Origin: a virus
Lineage: Duplodnaviria; Caudoviricetes
Reading direction: 5' to 3' (one strand)
Length of the DNA stretch: 26,556 nt
IMG/VR virus record: IMGVR_UViG_3300043447_000329
Coordinates: 1-26,556 of that record
The translations under genes were made by a program, and so were the position numbers. Shown here piece after piece: positions 24,493 to 26,556 of the stretch (within the stretch, counting starts at the first letter, position 1; the number at the start of each line of letters is the position of its first letter). Below the pieces are notes generated by a model, which saw nothing but the letters and a program-made list of their open reading frames with translations, made no database searches and was not told the DNA's origin.

Positions 24493-26555
24493 TAGTTTAC
24501 TTTTACTTTTAATTGTGTCCCATTCTTATTAACCGCATCGGTATTTGAAACTGACGTCAATCCCAATGTACCATTCAACCCTATTAGTGGTAAGAATGTT
24601 ATTTTATATTCAGTTGTCTTATCCAATGTAGTTGAACCATCCGTTATCAATGAACCTAATGTTATAGATGAACCTCTATCAGTTCCAAAATTGGTAGGTG
24701 TTCCTTTTGTAGTGAATTCTACCTTTTCAAATTTTAGAGCAGTATTATCATAGTTTAAATTGAATTGAGTTCCCACTAATTCTTGTTGTAATGGGTCTAC
24801 TGATATAGTTACTATCAATTTACCACCAACATTTTCACCAATTAGATATGCGTTGATTTGATTTGAGACTGATTGGGTTGATAAACTCATAGTTCTCATT
24901 GAATTAGTTGCAACACTACTTACACTTTGTTGTGCTGAATGTGATAGATTCACATCACCCACCCAAGTCACGCTTATATTGTATGTATTATTTAACGAAC
25001 CTGTGTTTAAATTAAATGGATATAAACTTCTAGTTGAGTTAAACTTTGTATTCCAATTTGATTTGGTAATAGCATCATATTCTGATTTACTATATAACTT
25101 CATCAGATAAGTTAATGCTGAATATTGTGTAAGTGGTGCGACACCGGTTAGGTGTTGTAATAATTTATAGGTGTCCGCTTCGTTAAAAACACCATTACCA
25201 TCCACATCTGCATTCATATATTGTAAACCCGATGTGAATTCTAATCCACTTTCGTTTCCAAATAATCCACCCATTGATAGTTCTTTAAATGCTATGTAAA
25301 CATCTGACACACTCACAATACTATTATATAATGTATTTAATTCGGTTTGTGAATTTGCAATTATATCGATACCGTGTTGTTTGAATACTGATACTGGTGA
25401 AAATGAATATTCTGCTTTAAACGCGTACCACCCATCTTGCAATCTTATATTACTTTGAAATGAACTTGTTGACACTTTATTAGTTAAATCAATATTTCCT
25501 GGTACAACCCATTGTTTCCACCATCCGTTAAAATCCATAGGATTAATCGGACCTTCATATATGTCAAATAATTTTACGTATTTTATTGTGTTTAAATTAA
25601 TACCCGTTCCACTGAACACCCTTTCATCAATTTGTAATCTGTGTCCGTTTCTTGATGTTTCGTATGGATTTATAAGTGACCATTCTACTTGTCCTGGTAC
25701 TATTGTTGCTTTGATTCCATCACTTATTTTATTAGTATCCAAATCATTTGTAATATCCACCTTACCCAATCCACTTATTGATCTTGAAGTGTTATTTGTT
25801 ACACCCCATACGTTGTTTACGAAAGTGTTTGATTTAACAGAAAATTTAGTTTCGTCTACATTACCACCAAAATCAATATTAAATCGTGCAGTTAGGACTT
25901 CTCCGTTTGAGTGAGTGACTGAATTAGTATAAAACTCCGTAAATGTTGCATCATCAGGATTAGTCCAAGTTCCAAATTCAATTACATACGGATTCACAAA
26001 ATGGTTTGGTAAATCATTCCATTGGGAACCGTTCCATTTAGTTACCGCGTAATCTTCATTACCACTATTGTTTGGTTCACCTGGTGCCCAGTTATTGTAT
26101 TGACCAGGAATATTTCCATTTAATTGTCCATTATTGATTTTAATTAAAGTTCCCGCTTCAGGTCCCGCATCAATTGTCCATCTTGCTTCACTCGCTTCAT
26201 CGGTTAATGCAAACCAAATTGTGTTTTGAGGTACATTATTAAAAATAAACGCATCTTCATCCGCAGATGTAATTGTTACCAAATATCCTTGTTGTCCTTT
26301 AAATGTTTGTTGTGATGCTAATGTTCTAGCATTTGTATAAGTTGCTCCGGTTGATATTGGTCTATAAAAGTGTCCATTTGTTCCGTTATAAAAATATCCT
26401 GTTGGATTTACGGTTGCCGCCACCGATAATACAACATTACCTCTTACTGAACCTGTGTTTACTTTAAGAGATGATAATGCCGTATTGATATTTGCCATTG
26501 TACCTGTCACTACTAAACGAGTCTTATTACCCGATAAAATAAATCCACTCGCAGC
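24492..26555 (-). CDS. Large surface protein with C-type lectin, dockerin-like and cohesin-like domains (5' partial)
   Basis: Frame is open to the right edge. CTLD motifs GYLVTITSADED, YNNWAPGEPNN, WNDL. Dockerin-like ADVDGNGVFNEADTYKLLQHL and GDVNLS. Cohesin-like LVGTQFNLNYDNTALKF. Confidence 0.75.
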   Translation of the reverse strand, partial: AASGFILSGNKTRLVVTGTMANINTALSSLKVNTGSVRGNVVLSVAATVNPTGYFYNGTNGHFYRPISTGATYTNARTLASQQTFKGQQGYLVTITSADEDAFIFNNVPQNTIWFALTDEASEARWTIDAGPEAGTLIKINNGQLNGNIPGQYNNWAPGEPNNSGNEDYAVTKWNGSQWNDLPNHFVNPYVIEFGTWTNPDDATFTEFYTNSVTHSNGEVLTARFNIDFGGNVDETKFSVKSNTFVNNVWGVTNNTSRSISGLGKVDITNDLDTNKISDGIKATIVPGQVEWSLINPYETSRNGHRLQIDERVFSGTGINLNTIKYVKLFDIYEGPINPMDFNGWWKQWVVPGNIDLTNKVSTSSFQSNIRLQDGWYAFKAEYSFSPVSVFKQHGIDIIANSQTELNTLYNSIVSVSDVYIAFKELSMGGLFGNESGLEFTSGLQYMNADVDGNGVFNEADTYKLLQHLTGVAPLTQYSALTYLMKLYSKSEYDAITKSNWNTKFNSTRSLYPFNLNTGSLNNTYNISVTWVGDVNLSHSAQQSVSSVATNSMRTMSLSTQSVSNQINAYLIGENVGGKLIVTISVDPLQQELVGTQFNLNYDNTALKFEKVEFTTKGTPTNFGTDRGSSITLGSLITDGSTTLDKTTEYKITFLPLIGLNGTLGLTSVSNTDAVNKNGTQLKVKVN

Positions 26556-26556
26556 A

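Noticed and set aside
1650-25914. Other opposite-strand or alternate-frame ORFs nested in real genes (e.g. 3162-3707, 7099-7461, 7633-7974, 9364-9630, 11846-12133, 16578-16922, 18559-19071, 25561-25914)
   Set aside because: They overlap better-supported genes, and their composition is explained by codon bias or low complexity.
1-26556. Stop-codon recoding, tRNAs, introns/inteins, integrase or transposase
   Set aside because: Core genes are full length in the standard code. No cloverleaf, intein termini or mobile-element motifs were seen by eye.

Overview
This AT-rich window looks like part of a large T4-like (jumbo/huge) tailed phage genome, most likely infecting Bacteroidota. The host inference rests on a Bacteroidota-type bS21, TTTG-N20-TAnnTTTG promoters, no obvious Shine-Dalgarno sites, T9SS-CTD-like domains and a lipoprotein with D-(S/T)-T sequons. 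There are three blocks. (1) 1-11300, mostly minus strand: a head/packaging module with a partial acidic scaffold-like gene, gp21-like prohead protease, gp20-like portal, large terminase, several unknown acidic proteins, a nucleotidyltransferase and KTSC, plus an inverted ribosomal protein bS21 gene. (2) 11360-17930: divergent Hsp20/ClpC, an SGNH hydrolase, a small lipoprotein, a kinase/RNA ligase/cyclic-phosphate receiver RNA-repair trio, and two candidate small RNAs. (3) 17900-26556, minus strand: a cell-envelope module with a lectin-dockerin-cohesin protein, two T9SS-CTD-like lipoproteins, small membrane proteins, FeoA, a CsgG-like protein, PspC and two putative beta-barrels. The most novel signals are the envelope module, a candidate sRNA (~17596-17663) complementary to the start of the 497-aa putative barrel gene, a TATTTATA putative late-promoter motif often only 3-4 nt before ATG, and a 32-bp palindrome that gives two convergent genes the same C-terminus. 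All family calls come from reading motifs by eye, not from database searches.
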